From: Promethearchaeia archaeon
Lineage (GTDB): Archaea; Asgardarchaeota; Lokiarchaeia; Sigyniarchaeales; SOKP01
Direction of reading: 5' to 3'
Length of the DNA stretch: 48,365 nucleotides
NCBI GenBank assembly: GCA_029856155.1
Contig: JAHQWL010000033.1
Span: 1-48,365 of the forward strand
Numbering within the stretch: position 1 is the first letter of the stretch; each line of letters begins with the position of its first letter. A model generated the notes under the pieces. It had not been told where the DNA came from. It worked only from the letters and a program-made list of their open reading frames with translations, and did not search any database. The position numbers and the translations under genes are program-made. This document shows positions 47,342 through 48,365 of this stretch, piece after piece.

Positions 47342-48025
47342 TTGTTAAAAATAAGAAAAAAATCTAAATTTATAGCAATTGCGGTTTTAATTGGAGGTAA
47401 AAGCAGTCGATTTGGAAGTGATAAAGGACTTTTCGAAGTTTCAGGAAAACCTCTTATATCTTATTTAATTGATACTTTAAGTGATCTTAAATATGATATA
47501 TTTTTAGTGACTAATTCCATTGAACAAATGCAAGATTATATCAAAAAAGTTGATATTGAAAATCTTACCGCTTTTATCATCGATGAAAAAGATATCATCC
47601 CTGATAAAACTCTACAAACACCTATGATTGGTTTATATTCTGCATTTAACGAATTAAAGGGATTATGCTACAGAAAAGTGTTGATTTTATCATGTGATTC
47701 TCCTTTAATTAAAAAAGAAGTATTGGAATATTTAATTGAAAAATGTGAAAATTCAGATTGTTGCATCCCTAAATGGGAAAATGGTTTTTTAGAACCATTA
47801 ATAGCAATTTATCCTATTAAAAAGGCACTAAAGACAATAAAAAGGAATTTTAAAAATAAATTATACAAACTAACAAATATATTAAGTACACATTGGAAAA
47901 TAAATTTTATTTCCATTGAAAAAGAGATAAAACAAATAGATAGTGAACTTTCTACTTTTATTAATATAAATGAACTAAAAGATATTGAAGAACTAAAAAA
48001 AAAATACAAAAAAAAAAAGGATTAG
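47342..48025 (+). CDS. mobA: Molybdenum cofactor guanylyltransferase
   Basis: LIGGKSSRFGSDKG, PMIGLYSA, SCDSP, EPLIAIY, FININELKD. Confidence 0.9.
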   Translation: MLKIRKKSKFIAIAVLIGGKSSRFGSDKGLFEVSGKPLISYLIDTLSDLKYDIFLVTNSIEQMQDYIKKVDIENLTAFIIDEKDIIPDKTLQTPMIGLYSAFNELKGLCYRKVLILSCDSPLIKKEVLEYLIEKCENSDCCIPKWENGFLEPLIAIYPIKKALKTIKRNFKNKLYKLTNILSTHWKINFISIEKEIKQIDSELSTFININELKDIEELKKKYKKKKD

Positions 48026-48035
48026 CTTTTTAAAT

Positions 48036-48365
48036 TTAAAAGTCGTCTGGTCCCATTATTCCACCGATTAAGCCTAAGACTCCACCACCAAGAAAAATAA
48101 AAGTTCCGAGTGAAGCAATACCAAGAGAAATGTCTAAGGGAATGATTCCTTCAACTAGCGCATCGTTAAAGAAGAAAATAATGTATACAGCAACATCAGG
48201 TGGCAAGACTTGATAAAATGCTAATAAGAAGAATCCACCAAGTAAGATTGCAAGTATAGCACCTATTATTGCGAGTGCCCGACTTTTTACCCCGATTAAT
48301 ATAAAAATACCAGAAAGCATGCATACCAAAAACACAATTCCAACGATTATTATTACCATATCACC
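48036..48365 (-). CDS. Membrane protein, probably 5'-truncated by the window edge
   Basis: Three hydrophobic segments; the frame is still open upstream of ATG 48359. Confidence 0.65.
   Translation of the reverse strand, partial: GDMVIIIVGIVFLVCMLSGIFILIGVKSRALAIIGAILAILLGGFFLLAFYQVLPPDVAVYIIFFFNDALVEGIIPLDISLGIASLGTFIFLGGGVLGLIGGIMGPDDF

Noticed and set aside
1-48365. tRNA-Sec, other tRNA/rRNA genes, transposases or integrases
   Set aside because: No GC-rich cloverleaf, rRNA-like segment or recombinase ORF was recognised by eye; a tRNAscan/Infernal run would be needed to exclude them.

Overview
AT-rich (about 30% GC by eye) archaeal chromosomal window, most consistent with an Asgard archaeon of the Lokiarchaeia type. 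Evidence for that assignment is a membrane-anchored longin-domain protein and a eukaryote-style SECIS; the taxonomy is an inference. The core is an anaerobic redox region with (i) a group 3c hydrogenase operon vhuG-vhuA-vhuU-hdrC-hdrB, (ii) a second hdrC-hdrB pair directly followed by a Cys-type formate dehydrogenase fdhA, divergent from an FNT formate channel, and (iii) hypC/D/E/F, cooC and mobA maturation genes. vhuU (26755-26904) is a 49-aa selenoprotein missed by the ORF track. It has an in-frame UGA in an unusual D-C-U-x-x-C motif and a eukaryote-like SECIS built on its own stop codon. Also present are a complete acetone carboxylase-like acxABC operon, a fused ADP-forming acyl-CoA synthetase, and an alanine dehydrogenase gene lying between the decayed N- and C-terminal remnants of an alanine aminotransferase gene (apparent in situ displacement). 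Further features: a 1721-aa CUB/repeat-TM-longin receptor-like protein, a repeat-expanded coiled-coil/HEAT protein, a VapBC pair, two convergent purF paralogs (one lacking the catalytic Cys), and a 15-bp palindrome-containing motif repeated four times around the hydrogenase operon. No rRNA, tRNA, CRISPR array or intact mobile element was seen.
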